From Acanthaster planci (lineage: Eukaryota), in the NCBI RefSeq assembly GCF_001949145.1, contig NW_019091480.1:1151235-1205260 (forward strand): DNA of 54,026 nt. The letters are read 5' to 3'. A program made the position numbers and the translations under genes. Every line of letters begins with the position of its first letter. Position 1 is the stretch's first letter. Shown in pieces: positions 23,365 to 34,759 of this stretch. The notes beneath the pieces are model-generated. The model was not told the DNA's origin, searched no databases, and saw nothing but the letters and a program-made list of their open reading frames with translations.

Positions 23365-24493
23365 GTAAGCCGTATACAAAGTCCTTTTTCAATTTTAGAT
23401 TTCAGATGACCTTTAACCCTTAATTGCCATTTATATGAATACGCTTTGTTGGATTTTTGTAGTTTGGTATCAAAACTTGTACAAGACCTTAATGGAAAAA
23501 GTCACAACTAAACAACTTTGATATTTGTAGCAGTTCAGGAGTAGTGGCAAAATTTCCAGTTAATTGATCCACGGCCAGTAAGCCTTTTGCGAGTTAAATT
23601 TGAATAATATCTGGTACACTGAGTTCTTCAAAGTCACATGAACATAACACGATTTGCATTCTTCATGCTAAAGACCCTGTTGCTATACCTTGTGATTCAG
23701 GGCTAACTTTTGCTTAATTACATATGAAACACCTTGCACCAGTGCATTGTTTGCCATGGATAAGGAGGGCTCAAAGGAACCAATCCATTCCATAGATTGT
23801 GGTTGCTATGCAAAAGCTTGCCTCGAATCACGAGGTATAGCAACAGTATCTTTAGTCTGAGGATTTCGAAGTGTTATGTTTGTGTGTAATCAGATAACGC
23901 AGTGTACCAGATTCAAATTTTAACGCACAAAAGGCTCATTTGCCTTCAGCAGAAGCACCCCCTTATCGCTTGAAAAAAGCCATGTTTATGGGGAATGTAC
24001 ATACACGTGGATTTCGTAGTCATTTGTTAACCAAAAAAAATGCAGTTCCCAGAAAAGGAGGCTTCATTGCTAGGAAAATTAGTCCAGCTCAGGGCATATT
24101 GGGGATAATTCCTGACAGGGGTCCATTTTTTTTCGTGTCCCTGTGACATCTGACATATAATTTTGTAAGTTCAGAACACATTTTCTAATTTCCAAGTTAA
24201 ATGCGAATTACCTGCCAAACAAATAGTAATATTTTGAAATCAATTCCAGTGATATTTCCATGTCAAATAATAGAGGTCAATGTGACTGGGACACAAAAAT
24301 GTCACACTTGTGGACCCCTAATTTCTGGAATTACCCAGTAGTTATTTTGGGCCACTCTGCACTCCACATGTGCTCAGCTTGGTGTGTAGTATTTGGACTG
24401 TAGCGATGCAAGGTTGCATGTGCTTTATTTTCTTGTATCTCTTCTGTCCAACCCCATACATCCTACACTGACTTCCGTTTGTTCTCAATTCAG

Positions 24494-24624
24494 ACCTGAG
24501 TGACGTACAGAGCATCGAGGATCCTCTCAATAAAGTCCAGCCTGGACTCCTCTCCAGCAGTGACCAGCCCATTCCGCTCAAGGCTGTGCATGCGAGAGCC
24601 AAGCTACTGGACTTGGCAGCTCAG
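24494..24624 (+). CDS. PARP4: PARP4 exon 14. Translation: (D)LSDVQSIEDPLNKVQPGLLSSSDQPIPLKAVHARAKLLDLAAQ.
   Basis: The acceptor is ctcaattcag and the donor is cag|gtgagc, phase 1 in and phase 0 out. PLKAVHARAKLLDLAAQ matches human PLEDVHIKGRIIDTVAQ. Confidence 0.8.
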
Positions 24625-25417
24625 GTGAGCATAAATGAACACTTCAGGAAACAGGCACACAAATTTAGCCACGCTTGGTGGAAAAATGTTGACAATTTAG
24701 TTTCATTCTTGAAAGAGTGAGCTAAATATATGTATGTGGCAATTTATTGGGAGGGACGTCATTGTACAGGAGAGAGTTTGTCTCATGCCAGTGTGTTTGG
24801 TTGCATGGGTGTGTATAGGGGGCTTGTGGGGTACCGGAACAATGGGAAGTACCCCATAGGGTACTTGTGGGGTACTGAGATGGTACCCCAAGGATTTCAT
24901 GAAATAGATATTTCAAACGTACTCAAAAAGAAGGAATTTTCAAGTGCCATTCATCTGTCACAAAATGGAGAATTTCAAATAAGGGACGTTCAGTCAAATT
25001 TCTTAAGTAGGAAAGTCAATCTGGTTCAAAATGGGAGTGATTTTAAGATTGTTATATGTTGTGTGGGAGTTTTGTACACGAGAACAAAGGAAATACCCCA
25101 CAAGTACTGTATGTGTGTGTGGTTGGGTGGGCGTACAGGTGTGTCTGTGCTTTAATGATTCAACGCAGACCGTTGATTAGCAAACACGATCCAACTTTGC
25201 CGACTGTGTCCATGTTTGTGTTAGTCGCAGAATGTTACCAGATGGCTGTCTGTCATCTCAGACTGATCAGTGATGCTCTCTGTGTCGCTTTATGCCAATT
25301 CGGAAACCAGGCTTCAGAGCCTTTAGACACGTTAGAGCACATACAAGTGGAGTTATTGAGCACTGTCACACATTTCCCCTGGAAAGCTACATCTCTCATT
25401 TCTTCCCAAACCCCCAG

Positions 25418-25636
25418 GTTGTCGTACTTCAAGTGTACGCAAATGACAGCGATTTTCCCATAGAAGCCAAGTACGTCTTCCCGCTGGATGAGCAGGCGGC
25501 AGTTTGCGGCTTTGAGGCCTTCATCAATGACAAGCACATTGTGGGTGAAGTGAAGGAGAAGGAGACTGCCCACAAGGAGTACAAGGAAGCCATCAGCAAG
25601 GGGCATGGCGCCTACCTCATGGATGAAGAAAAGCCA
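25418..25636 (+). CDS. PARP4: PARP4 exon 15 (VIT domain). Translation: VVVLQVYANDSDFPIEAKYVFPLDEQAAVCGFEAFINDKHIVGEVKEKETAHKEYKEAISKGHGAYLMDEEKP.
   Basis: The acceptor is aacccccag and the donor is cca|gtaagc. The peptide is near-identical in pattern to human VIVFQTYTNKSHVPIEAKYIFPLDDKAAVCGFEAFINGKHIVGEIKEKEEAQQEYLEAVTQGHGAYLM. Confidence 0.93.
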
Positions 25637-26241
25637 GTAAGCAAATATATACACGTCAGAGGATGCCAGGCTCCTAAATTTGTATAAATGCTCACGTGTA
25701 ACCAAGTCTGAAAAACAGAAAGACTTCCCTCAGGATAGACAACCCTCAAAACGCAAGGGGGGGATCTACCCCCTATCAGCAGTTCCTCCGGTATCGTCAC
25801 AGCACAGGTTATTTTGTGGACAGCCATCAGGACTTTTTTCAATATTTCCTTGCAATTATTGTGAACCAAGTTTATGAAAACTGGACATAAAAATGCAATT
25901 TTTTTTTCATTGACATGCTCAATGCACATGCAGGTCAACATGCCGGAGACCATGAACTCGAAATGAACATACTAACAAAACCCTATGTTGGATTGAATTG
26001 AATTTTTTACGGATTTTAATAACCACAGTAAATGTTTCATATGCCAAGTTTCACAAAGATAAGGCATGAGACAGCTTAATTCTCGTTGCTGACCCCAACT
26101 ATGAAGTGTTCCCCCCCCCAAAAAAAACCCAGCTCTCTTTTAGGGTAAGTCTGAGTTTTTATCAAGCCGGCTTGGGAAATTTCAAATGTTAAAGCGTCTC
26201 CGCTGTTATTTTAAAATTTTGATTATTTGACCCTCCCTCAG

Positions 26242-26444
26242 GATGTGTTCACTGTGAGTGTGGGCAACCTCCCTCCCAAGACCACCGTAGTGATCAAGAT
26301 CACCTACGTAGCTGAGCTGGCCGTGGATGGGGACAAGATCCTCTTTGGCCTGCCGGGGAGCGTGGCGCCGTGGAGGAAGGACGAGGCCCTGGCCCAGGAG
26401 ACGCAGGCCGACGTCACCACGGTCAAAGTCAAAGACACCGACAG
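26242..26444 (+). CDS. PARP4: PARP4 exon 16 (VIT domain). Translation: DVFTVSVGNLPPKTTVVIKITYVAELAVDGDKILFGLPGSVAPWRKDEALAQETQADVTTVKVKDTD(R).
   Basis: The acceptor is ccctccctcag and the donor is acag|gtcagg, ending in phase 2. DVFTVSVGNLPPK..IKITY..VAPW matches human exactly in those motifs. Confidence 0.93.
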
Positions 26445-27207
26445 GTCAGGCAGTACTCTTTGATGCAGACAATATTAAAGAGTCTAGCCCCAGTGTGACT
26501 TGTATGTACTTGATATAAAGATGATGCTTTCCTTGATGGAGTGCTAGAAGCATGATATGGGTGAGTCACAATACAGTTTGCCACCAAGAGGTCACAGAGA
26601 AGCCTTTCTCAAAGACCACCTTCGGAAACAGTCTGCACATTTTACTTGCCAGCTGTGAACAGAGAACTTTTCTCGATTTTTGGGGGGTTTGGATGGAAGA
26701 TTTAAAGTGTAATTTGAGTATTACTTTAAATGTTTTTGTCATACAACAGAAAACTCTAAAAATGTGACAAATTTCCATGGATAAATGCCTTTGTTTTTTG
26801 TTGACTGCAAACTTGGATTATGGCATCTCCATGCCAGTTTCTTGGGAGTGTACTGTTTTGTGAATTGCCCATATTAGCCACCTAACCCTAATTAAAAACA
26901 TAAATATACCATATATCAAAAAGGGAAAAAGTGCTTTAATGATTTTTGCCTGATGTTTTTCATCATCTTAACCGAAAATGGTTCCAAGCCATTTGTGTTA
27001 TTCTCAGTACATCGATAATGAATTCTTGTGTATTGGTTGATAAACATTTTCACCATTTTTGTTCTGCATCTGCCATCTAATAGATTTTGGCCTACGTGTC
27101 CTTTTGAAATTCAGCATGTTTAAATTTATAATTGTATCAAAGGATCTTCTCAAAGTACATTTAGCTGTGACAGCTTGGCTGGACATTGTGTGTGCTTTCC
27201 AATCTAG

Positions 27208-27289
27208 GTCCTTATCTGTGCATGTTGCCATAGAGATGCCTTATGAAATCCGAAGTCTGGAATCTCCTACACACCCAATCAAACGCAAG
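27208..27289 (+). CDS. PARP4: PARP4 exon 17. Translation: (R)SLSVHVAIEMPYEIRSLESPTHPIKRK.
   Basis: The acceptor is ccaatctag and the donor is aag|gtaatc. SIEMPY matches human SLTMSIEMPYVIEF. Confidence 0.85.
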
Positions 27290-27492
27290 GTAATCAACAT
27301 TTCCAAGAAGCAGTGTGTTCATTTATTTTATGCTTGCGGGGAAAAAAACCATTACCGGTTGTCGTCAAGTCTGCTCCTAGTCAATGTGAAAGTCAGTCCA
27401 CAGGCCTTGTAAGTATTGAGAGGGGCTGTTCATATGTGAAAGAATACCGTTGTCATGGTTCACGGTGTCATGGTACAAAGGAGTTTAATTAA

Positions 27493-27919
27493 CCCTAACT
27501 GCCCAAAACCTGCCATACTCCAACAGCAGGTTTTGTGAGGTTTTGGCAGGTTTGGTACCGTACCTGAGGAACTTTTTGTTGAATTTTGTGAGACTTGGGA
27601 TGAAAGGCCCAGGGAGATGGTGTTGGTTTCTGTGTGAGTGGGGACACGCACAGGTCACTGTGTGCAGTGTCTGGCTTGCTGTACCAAGTGTTGGACTATG
27701 CTTGATTTTGTCAGGTTTGGTACTGTTCAGTGCAAGTCATCCTATACTGCATAGACCCATCCATACCGTATCACTCAAACTCCAACGGGATCATTCTGTT
27801 GGAGTTTATCAGGTTTGGTACAGTAACCTGCATGTACAAGTACATAGACAAGTACATGAACCTGTTGGATTTTGTGAGGTTCAGTATGCTTTCTACTGCA
27901 GGAGCCTAGGGTTTTAGGG
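27493..27919. mobile_element. piggyBac-like MITE of about 427 bp with TTAA target-site duplication and CCCTAA... terminal inverted repeats, plus internal approximate tandem repeats (gttttgtgaggtttggtac), in the intron between exons 17 and 18
   Basis: The left end is TTAA|ccctaactgcccaaaacc. The right end is ggagcctagggttttaggg|TTAA, whose reverse complement is ccctaaaaccctagg. Four internal copies of the aggtttggtac-containing unit lie at about 27520, 27700, 27790 and 27850. Confidence 0.5.
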
Positions 27920-28030
27920 TTAATGTTTTTCTTTCTACTCCTGATTGTCTACCGGTTGATCATAAAAATTTTTGGTCAAAGTGTTTGTTTTTCTGCACAT
28001 GCTGTAAAAATTAAGTTTTATTTCTTACAG

Positions 28031-28361
28031 CAAACTGCCAGCAAAGCAACTGTCTGCCTTGCAGATGACTGCCTGGGACTGGACGACGGCTTCCAGCTCC
28101 TGATTGGCCTGGCAGAGATCCACGTGCCCCGCATGTGGGTGGAGAGACACCCCGAGGACAGTGACAGCCAGGCCTGCATGCTGACCTTCTACCCGGAGTT
28201 TGAGGCCGAGCAGACCGACCAGTCGGAGGTGGTGCTCCTGCTGGACTTATCCAACTCAATGCGGGGAGGGAGCAGCCTGCAAGAAGCCAAGAAGGTTGCC
28301 CTCCTCGCCCTGCATCATCTGCCCAAGGACTGGCGGTTCAATGTCGTTGTTTTTGGAACAG
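28031..28361 (+). CDS. PARP4: PARP4 exon 18 (start of the vWA domain). Translation: QTASKATVCLADDCLGLDDGFQLLIGLAEIHVPRMWVERHPEDSDSQACMLTFYPEFEAEQTDQSEVVLLLDLSNSMRGGSSLQEAKKVALLALHHLPKDWRFNVVVFGT(G).
   Basis: The acceptor is tttcttacag and the donor is acag|gtatac, ending in phase 1. The peptide carries the vWA DxSxS-type motif (LLDLSNSM). It matches human HIGLSAAYLPRMWVEKHPEKESEACMLVFQPD...SEVIICLDCSSSMEG...IIQFGTG. Confidence 0.93.
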
Positions 28362-28677
28362 GTATACAAATTTCACTCTTTCGGCAAAGCACATTTTTTG
28401 TTTTACTTTCAATGGGAAAACAAAAAATGTGCTTGAAATCTGAATGTGACCGACGACTAATAATAAGACGACTTTTATTGGTTTCTGCTGCTAGTAATTC
28501 TCAATAAGTATGTATCCAAAATATTGACTAAACTCAGTAAAATTATGTTCTCTGTAATGTTAGATAAAGATAAAGATGACCACCATATCTTGCCTTAGAT
28601 TAAGACATTGGGTCCCGCGACTGACCAAAAAGCACCATTCATGCTTCTGAAAGAAGGTGACATTGGCCGTTTTCCAG

Positions 28678-28936
28678 ATTTTGAGGAGCTGTTCCCACAG
28701 AGCCAAGCCAAGACACCAGACACTGTGAAGTCGGCTACCAACTTTCTGCAGGGCTTATCTGCTGCCATGGGCAACACCGACGTCTGGCACCCCCTGCGGA
28801 CCTACTTCATGCTGAAGTCAGGCCAGCTGTGCAACATCTTTATCATCTCGGACGGCCACGTCAGTAACGAGGACGCAACCTTGGAGGCTGTCCGCCGGAA
28901 TTGCCGCCATACCAGGGTGTTCACCCTCGGTGTTAG
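28678..28936 (+). CDS. PARP4: PARP4 exon 19 (vWA domain). Translation: (D)FEELFPQSQAKTPDTVKSATNFLQGLSAAMGNTDVWHPLRTYFMLKSGQLCNIFIISDGHVSNEDATLEAVRRNCRHTRVFTLGV(S).
   Basis: The acceptor is gttttccag and the donor is ttag|gtttgt, ending in phase 2. MGNTDVWHPLR...ISDGH...RHTRVF matches human MGNTDFWKTLR...VSDGH...PHTRLF. Confidence 0.9.
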
Positions 28937-29508
28937 GTTTGTTCGGAATCCCCGTTGTGACAAAGTTTAATACATATCTGCTCACATGGCTGATTGATTT
29001 TTTGGCAAATTTCATTTTTGCATACTTTTCTCATGAAAACACAGACAACGTTTTAACTGATATGATAGCCCATATTATTAAGTTGATAGGTCAACTTTAT
29101 TTTTTCTTGTTTTTACAATTTTGTTATTGATAAGGAGACATTAGTTCGTAAATATGAAAGTCACTTTGTCAAACAGAAATTCTAGAGCGTTTGGCATATA
29201 TTTGTACACAGTGCGCCCATGTTCACAACGTGTAATATGTTACAGAACACAGAGCCTTGGAGACTATACATTGCCTATTTGAAACGCCACCGACATCTGT
29301 TGGATATGTCACTTTGTCAAAGTGCTAAACTGAGTTTGCACACATAGTGCAGTTGACAAACAGTTTCATGTTTGTACCAAGAAAAACAAACACTGAGCAT
29401 CATTCATGTTGTGAATCGCCTGTTTAGTGAGAGTAGGAGCCAGTGAAATAGGGTTTCCCCCGTCTGTGGATTTATCAGAACTCTATGTCGTCCATCTTTT
29501 TTTCACAG

Positions 29509-29608
29509 CGCCACAGCCAACAAGTATCTCCTTCGTGCTGTGGCCACTGCTGGGGCCGGAGCCTTTGAGTTCTTTGACAGCAAGACAAAGTCCAAGTGGG
29601 AAGGCAAG
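29509..29608 (+). CDS. PARP4: PARP4 exon 20. Translation: (S)ATANKYLLRAVATAGAGAFEFFDSKTKSKWEGK.
   Basis: The acceptor is tttttcacag and the donor is aag|gtcagt. The peptide matches human STANRHVLRILSQCGAGVFEYFNAKSKHSW. Confidence 0.9.
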
Positions 29609-30159
29609 GTCAGTGACTACACTATTTTATTCACGGTTTTAGGGATGGCTAGGGATGTGTCTATTACTTGCATATTCAGATATTCTGTGGGTTTATTTTC
29701 AAAATTGAATATTTGGATACGATAATCAATGTAATATAAAAGGGAAATTTTAATTATTCTGGTAAGAAAATGCATGCTAAAAGCATGTTGTGAGGTGTCG
29801 TAATAGGCTGTTTGAATATTTGATCCACATGGAAGGTTGAATTCAGTATCAGAAGCTGGTAAACTAATTTTCACAGCCAAGGACTTGTTTGTTATCCAGC
29901 CAAGAACCGGTTTGATCAGTTCATAAACACATTTTCCATAAGAAGCGTCTGTATGCCGGTATACTGACAATGACTGATGTGGAATTTGCAGTGGAGAAAT
30001 TTCCAGCTAATAGCTTAGGTCTTCAAGTCTTCAACCTGGGTTCTGGGTGGTGGGTCACATTTGTGTAAATGCCTGCGATTGTTCGCATTTGTTTTTTATG
30101 TAAACACAACGTACTTCCGATTTGCAAGTCTTTCCTTTTTTTTCCTCCAACACTGGCAG

Positions 30160-30330
30160 ATCAAATCCCAGCTGAGCAAGGCAGCCCAGCCTGTCTTGTC
30201 TTCTGTCAGCGTGGACTGGTGCCAGTTTGACGATGACGCCCCGGCTCCTATCCAGGCACCCAATAACATCACCTCCCTCTTCAGCGGTTCCCGGCAGGTG
30301 GTGTATGGCTTTGTCCCACACTGCACCCAG
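30160..30330 (+). CDS. PARP4: PARP4 exon 21. Translation: IKSQLSKAAQPVLSSVSVDWCQFDDDAPAPIQAPNNITSLFSGSRQVVYGFVPHCTQ.
   Basis: The acceptor is cactggcag and the donor is cag|gtattc. SVSVDW...IQAP...SLF...VYGFVPHCTQ matches human SVSVKW...LQAP...SLF..VYGFIPHCTQ. Confidence 0.92.
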
Positions 30331-30697
30331 GTATTCAATGAATTAAGTGCCTTTTTGGAGAAATCGTTTTCTAAAGGTGGCTTGGAACATTTCGCTTTAA
30401 TTTATGTCTTTAATTTATTTATGAACATGGTGTGGGTGTGTGTGAGTTTGTTTCTGCATTCGATTGGGGACCCTGAACAATAGCGGACAATAAGGTCCCC
30501 GACTGACAGAAGGTCCCCGATTGACAACTGTGTACAAAATATATGGGTGGTCTTCTAAAAAACGGTTAAAGTACAAACAAAAGAGGAACGATAGGGTCCT
30601 CAGTTGCAGGCAAATACACACTTGGGTGTGTGCTTAGTGTCAGGTAGAAGTGTAGTTCTGTTTATCGACACGTTTCCTCTCTGCATTCATTTCTCAG

Positions 30698-30778
30698 GCC
30701 ACTCTGCGAGCCAATAATGAGGGTAGAGAGGTGTCTACCATGGTGTCAACCCATGAACTCAGCATTACACAGGGAAAG
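30698..30778 (+). CDS. PARP4: PARP4 exon 22. Translation: ATLRANNEGREVSTMVSTHELSITQGK.
   Basis: The acceptor is catttctcag and the donor is aag|gtaatg. The peptide matches human ATLCALIQEKEFRTMVSTTELQKTTG. Confidence 0.85.
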
Positions 30779-31543
30779 GTAATGGAAACAGACTTAGCCA
30801 GTGAATGGACCTCGAGTCGGAGCAAGAGAGGGCACTATTTCCTTCACAATGGAGGCTCCTTTGGTTCTAATTATGCGTCGCGAGCTCACGATCAACTGGG
30901 AAATGCAAGCGTTGCAGTCGCATTACTACCAGCAAAATGAATATTCCTGACGAACGTGGCTCTTGTCAACTGATGAGGGTGTGCTTTTGCTCGAGGCAGA
31001 TAGGAGTAACACGCACACTTATCCAAAGTTGTGGTTTGAGGGAGCACTGCGCACAACTTGACAGAAAGCAGTAATATTGCCAACACCATCTCCAACACGA
31101 TATCTAATTAGTTCAAAGCAGTTTTAATCACTGCAAACGAGGTGTAACTTTTGGCTGAAAACTCTATATTTTGAAAACAAAGATTCCTACTGATATGACT
31201 TCTTCGAGTCATTGACTCAAGATTTATTTGGCACCTTTTACCGCATTATGGCCTTTTACACATACTGAGGCAATGTTGTGGAGCAATTTATGACAATGCT
31301 TTGCCACAGTGCGTTTGTGTTTTAGGTAGATTCCATTGGCAAAAGCATTGGGGATCACAGAAGTGCAGGAATGACCCAGTGCTGAATACAGAAACTACCT
31401 TGGCATGCTTGCGAGTCCTTCCTGCTAGGTCACAGAAACTCGGTGCAGGTTTTACACATCCTCTGCAGGTGGTTTGAAGATGTTTAGAGTCTACTGTGTA
31501 GAAAGTTTCTGAAAGCCGGCCTCTCTGTTGTTCCCCATTCAAG

Positions 31544-31726
31544 ATATTGCATCAGCTGACGGCCCGGAACATCATCCGTGACTGGGAGGAGGGCGCCCTC
31601 GCAGCTGACCGCACCCGGCACGAAGCTCGTAAGGCCGAGCAAAAAAGCTACATCATCGAGCTGAGCAAGAAGTACTCCATCGTCACCCAGTTCACCAGCT
31701 TCGTCGCCGTGGAAGTCCGAGACAAG
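31544..31726 (+). CDS. PARP4: PARP4 exon 23. Translation: ILHQLTARNIIRDWEEGALAADRTRHEARKAEQKSYIIELSKKYSIVTQFTSFVAVEVRDK.
   Basis: The acceptor is ccccattcaag and the donor is aag|gtcggg. ITQFTSFVAVE is identical to human. The peptide matches human MIHKLAARALIRDYEDG. Confidence 0.92.
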
Positions 31727-32513
31727 GTCGGGCAGAGGGATAATCTCTAAGCTCTTGTTAAACTGATATGAAACCTTCACAGCTTCTCAAAGCTGGTATT
31801 TGATGACGTGGCTTTGTTATTTTGTAGACTTTTTGTGACTAAGGATGCACAGAAATATCTCATATCTGTGTGAACCAAAGATCCAAACTCTTTGTTTTGT
31901 ACTCCTGAAAATAAACTTTTTACGGGCAATTCATCACTTGTTGGAACCCTAGGGCATATTCTTTGTGCTTCCGTAAAATTAAAGTGACCTAGAGGGCCCA
32001 TTCTACATAGAAAAGTGGTAAAAAATATTAAATGCAGCGGAATCCTGTGGGACTGTTAGTACACTGAGGGCGAATGAATCTCGCAGCTGGGCAATAAACC
32101 GTAGCGTTTACATATCTGAGCGACTTTTCTGTAATCTTCAATGGGACATTTCATTCTGGCAAATTAGGAGTCTTGTTTGGTGTGATGTCACAGACTGACA
32201 TATAGACGGTTTATTAAAGTGAAAAAAGGTGTACCTTTGTCATGCTTTGGATACTTTCTGTGCACGTTGGGCTAGAGTACTACTGACGAAAATCATCTGC
32301 AAAGGGATTTGCTCATTGAGGAGATTTCTACCTTAAACTATACAAGCATTGTGTGGCATTTTGTTCTCTGACAACACTTTCTGTCGTCACTCGCTTCTAA
32401 ATGTGCCTTTATATTGGTCCTTTAATCATGACTGGAGTTTCTTTCTTAGTCCTACAAAATCAGCCAAAACTTTCTGCTGGAGTTAAAAAGTCTTGTAAAT
32501 TTTTTTTTTGTAG

Positions 32514-32636
32514 TCAGAAGAAGGCAAGGTCAAAACCGGGGTGGACGTGAATGACCTGTTGAAGAAAGAAGAGGTGGACTCGTTGCCTTACTTAGGCTGG
32601 CAGCAGGACAAGGCCCAAGATGCAGCAGTACCAACG
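32514..32636 (+). CDS. PARP4: PARP4 exon 24. Translation: SEEGKVKTGVDVNDLLKKEEVDSLPYLGWQQDKAQDAAVPT.
   Basis: The acceptor is tttttttttgtag and the donor is acg|gtcagt. VDSLPYLGWQ matches human VDFLPYMSWQ. Confidence 0.8.
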
Positions 32637-32968
32637 GTCAGTTGGTAATTCCCGGAATACCCGGAATACAGTAAAAACAAAATTGCCAGAATACTTATCC
32701 TTTGTCCTGGGGCACATTTGCAGAAGTGAAATTCTTTTTCTTTTTAGATTTGGACTTTTATTGTAATTATTGTTAAGATCGCATTTATTTTCTTGATTTC
32801 TTTTGATTCTCTGAAAGGAAAGTTTCTTTCGTCTTTTGCTTCTTTTCACATTGTTAGTCTTTGTTCGAGCCTCCAAGCAGTTACAGAAGAAACAGATTAG
32901 TTTGTGTTCTCTCTTGTTGCTTTGTACTCCTTTTCAAAAATAAAGTATCGGCATCCCTTTTTGTCTAG

Positions 32969-33124
32969 ACCTTGGAGGAGCAAGCAGGGATAGCTGAGTT
33001 GCTGGACCAAGCAGAAAGAGAAGTTTCTTTTTCTGTCCTGAGAACTGAGAGATTATACCAGCAAATCCTAAAGAAACTGAATGACTCCCGTGACAAATAT
33101 AAAAAAGATCCCGTGCTTCAGAGG
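32969..33124 (+). CDS. PARP4: PARP4 exon 25 (variable linker region). Translation: TLEEQAGIAELLDQAEREVSFSVLRTERLYQQILKKLNDSRDKYKKDPVLQR.
   Basis: The acceptor is cctttttgtctag and the donor is agg|gtatat, phase 0 in and out. Similarity to the basic human stretch LRLSKRKHRKIPFSKRK is weak, so the call rests mainly on ORF, splice sites and phase. Confidence 0.5.
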
Positions 33125-34150
33125 GTATATATAGTTTTGTTTTACATTGATGTAGATTTTTATAACAACAACTGATGATGAGGTCTGCGAATATGATAGG
33201 ATAAATACAGGTGTGTGGGGGGGTGGGGTAAAGGTGACTTCTCTCTCCCCCTGTCCTACAGGAAAAATGCAAAAACCAGGAAAGGGGAAACAAGGGAAAG
33301 AAATGGGTTAAAAGGGAGGACAGACGGATAAAAATCACCGGTATGCATGATAATAACTCAGAATGGATCCCTTCCATGATTCGTCAGTTTGCTGGTGATG
33401 AAGACTTTGTCTCCCCACCCCCCCAAAAAGAAAACAAAATCTGGCAGTACCACTACGATGAAAAGAGGTCCGATTTGAAAGGGTTTTGGCATTTCTTTCC
33501 TGATTTTATTTTCTATGGAGAGTGGGACATTTTTCTGGGTAAAATTGTATCTCCAGTGGTTTTTATTGGAGACATTTCAGACACCAAAACTTTTTTCTAA
33601 ACCTTGAGTATTTTCTGAATTTTCTTGTGTTGTGCATTAAGCAGACATTACACACTACTGCCCTATTCTGGGTGGCCCCCCTCAACAAGAAACCTGAAGT
33701 AAAGGGTTAATTTGCCACGTTGTGTGCTGTATAACCCTGTATTTGTTGCAAGCCACGCTTCCCTGAGCACCATATCATTGGAAAACGGTGTCAAAGCCCA
33801 ACAAAGGAATGTTGAATATAGTTTTCACAACAAAACTACCACCAGGCCATGTTTGATATACAACCGTACCAGTAGTGTCATAGTCTAAAAGTCGGTTTTG
33901 GTATACCATTTTGCAAACAGTGGTCCACATTGAAGTATGACAAAACGAATGCCATCATGGTATTGTTTTAAAGTATTTTGCTCCTACTTTATGACAGACA
34001 TGATTATAGTCGTACAGCACATATCTTGGCTGCTTCAGAATTTTTTTTTTTCTGGAATTGGAATGAGATCGTCGCACCAACTTTGGTACAGGCGCATAGT
34101 TAAAAATGTCGCTAATATGACTTTTTTTGGTGACTGTTTTTCTCCAACAG

Positions 34151-34205
34151 GTGGTTCGGCAAATGCAGGATTTTTGTGTCAACGTGAAGCACGAGGACTT
34201 CTCCG
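34151..34205 (+). CDS. PARP4: PARP4 exon 26 (candidate micro-exon). Translation: VVRQMQDFCVNVKHEDFS(D).
   Basis: The acceptor is tctccaacag and the donor is ccg|gtattt, phase 0 in and phase 1 out. The phase-1 exit is needed to bridge exon 25 to the well-supported exon at 34685. Confidence 0.35.
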
Positions 34206-34684
34206 GTATTTTGCCCATCTCTCTGCACAAATTCCTCATGTAGCCATACACCCCACGAGGTCTATTCTGTCCTGTCTGTTTTGGTGTCATGTGAAATTTG
34301 GGAGTCCAGAAAAAATGGTCTCACTGGCGGCGATGCTCATGACAAGACATTGACCACAATCTTCCACATGTGGAGTAATGAGAGTCCTTCCAAGGGAAAG
34401 GAAATCGTATTCCAAAGTCCATGTTGTCGTTGTCAAACTATATCATGTTTGGAATTTAATATTCAAATTTCATTTAATTGCTGGTGCTTTGTGGAACTGG
34501 AAGTGGTTTTTTTTTTTACTTAATGTTTTTGTAATTAGCGCTTGTGATATAATGTAACTCCTGTTGGTCAGCTTATGATGTGTGCTTTCATAGAATTGTC
34601 CTTAGTTATCACTCCTTATGTTTGTTGCGGACACTAAGTTGTCTTTTTTTCTTCTCTGCTTTGTTTTGGCTTGGGGGTGTGCAG

Positions 34685-34759
34685 ACTGGATGGACACAAT
34701 GACAGATGATATTGATGTGTCTGAATTGTTTGAAGATACGCCCGTGCTTGCTTTTGTTG
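34685..34759 (+). CDS. PARP4: PARP4 exon 27 (acidic stretch). Translation: (D)WMDTMTDDIDVSELFEDTPVLAFV(G).
   Basis: The acceptor is gggtgtgcag and the donor is ttg|gtgagt. DVSELFEDTPVLAFV matches human EVSEDFEEDGLGVLPAFT. Confidence 0.6.
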
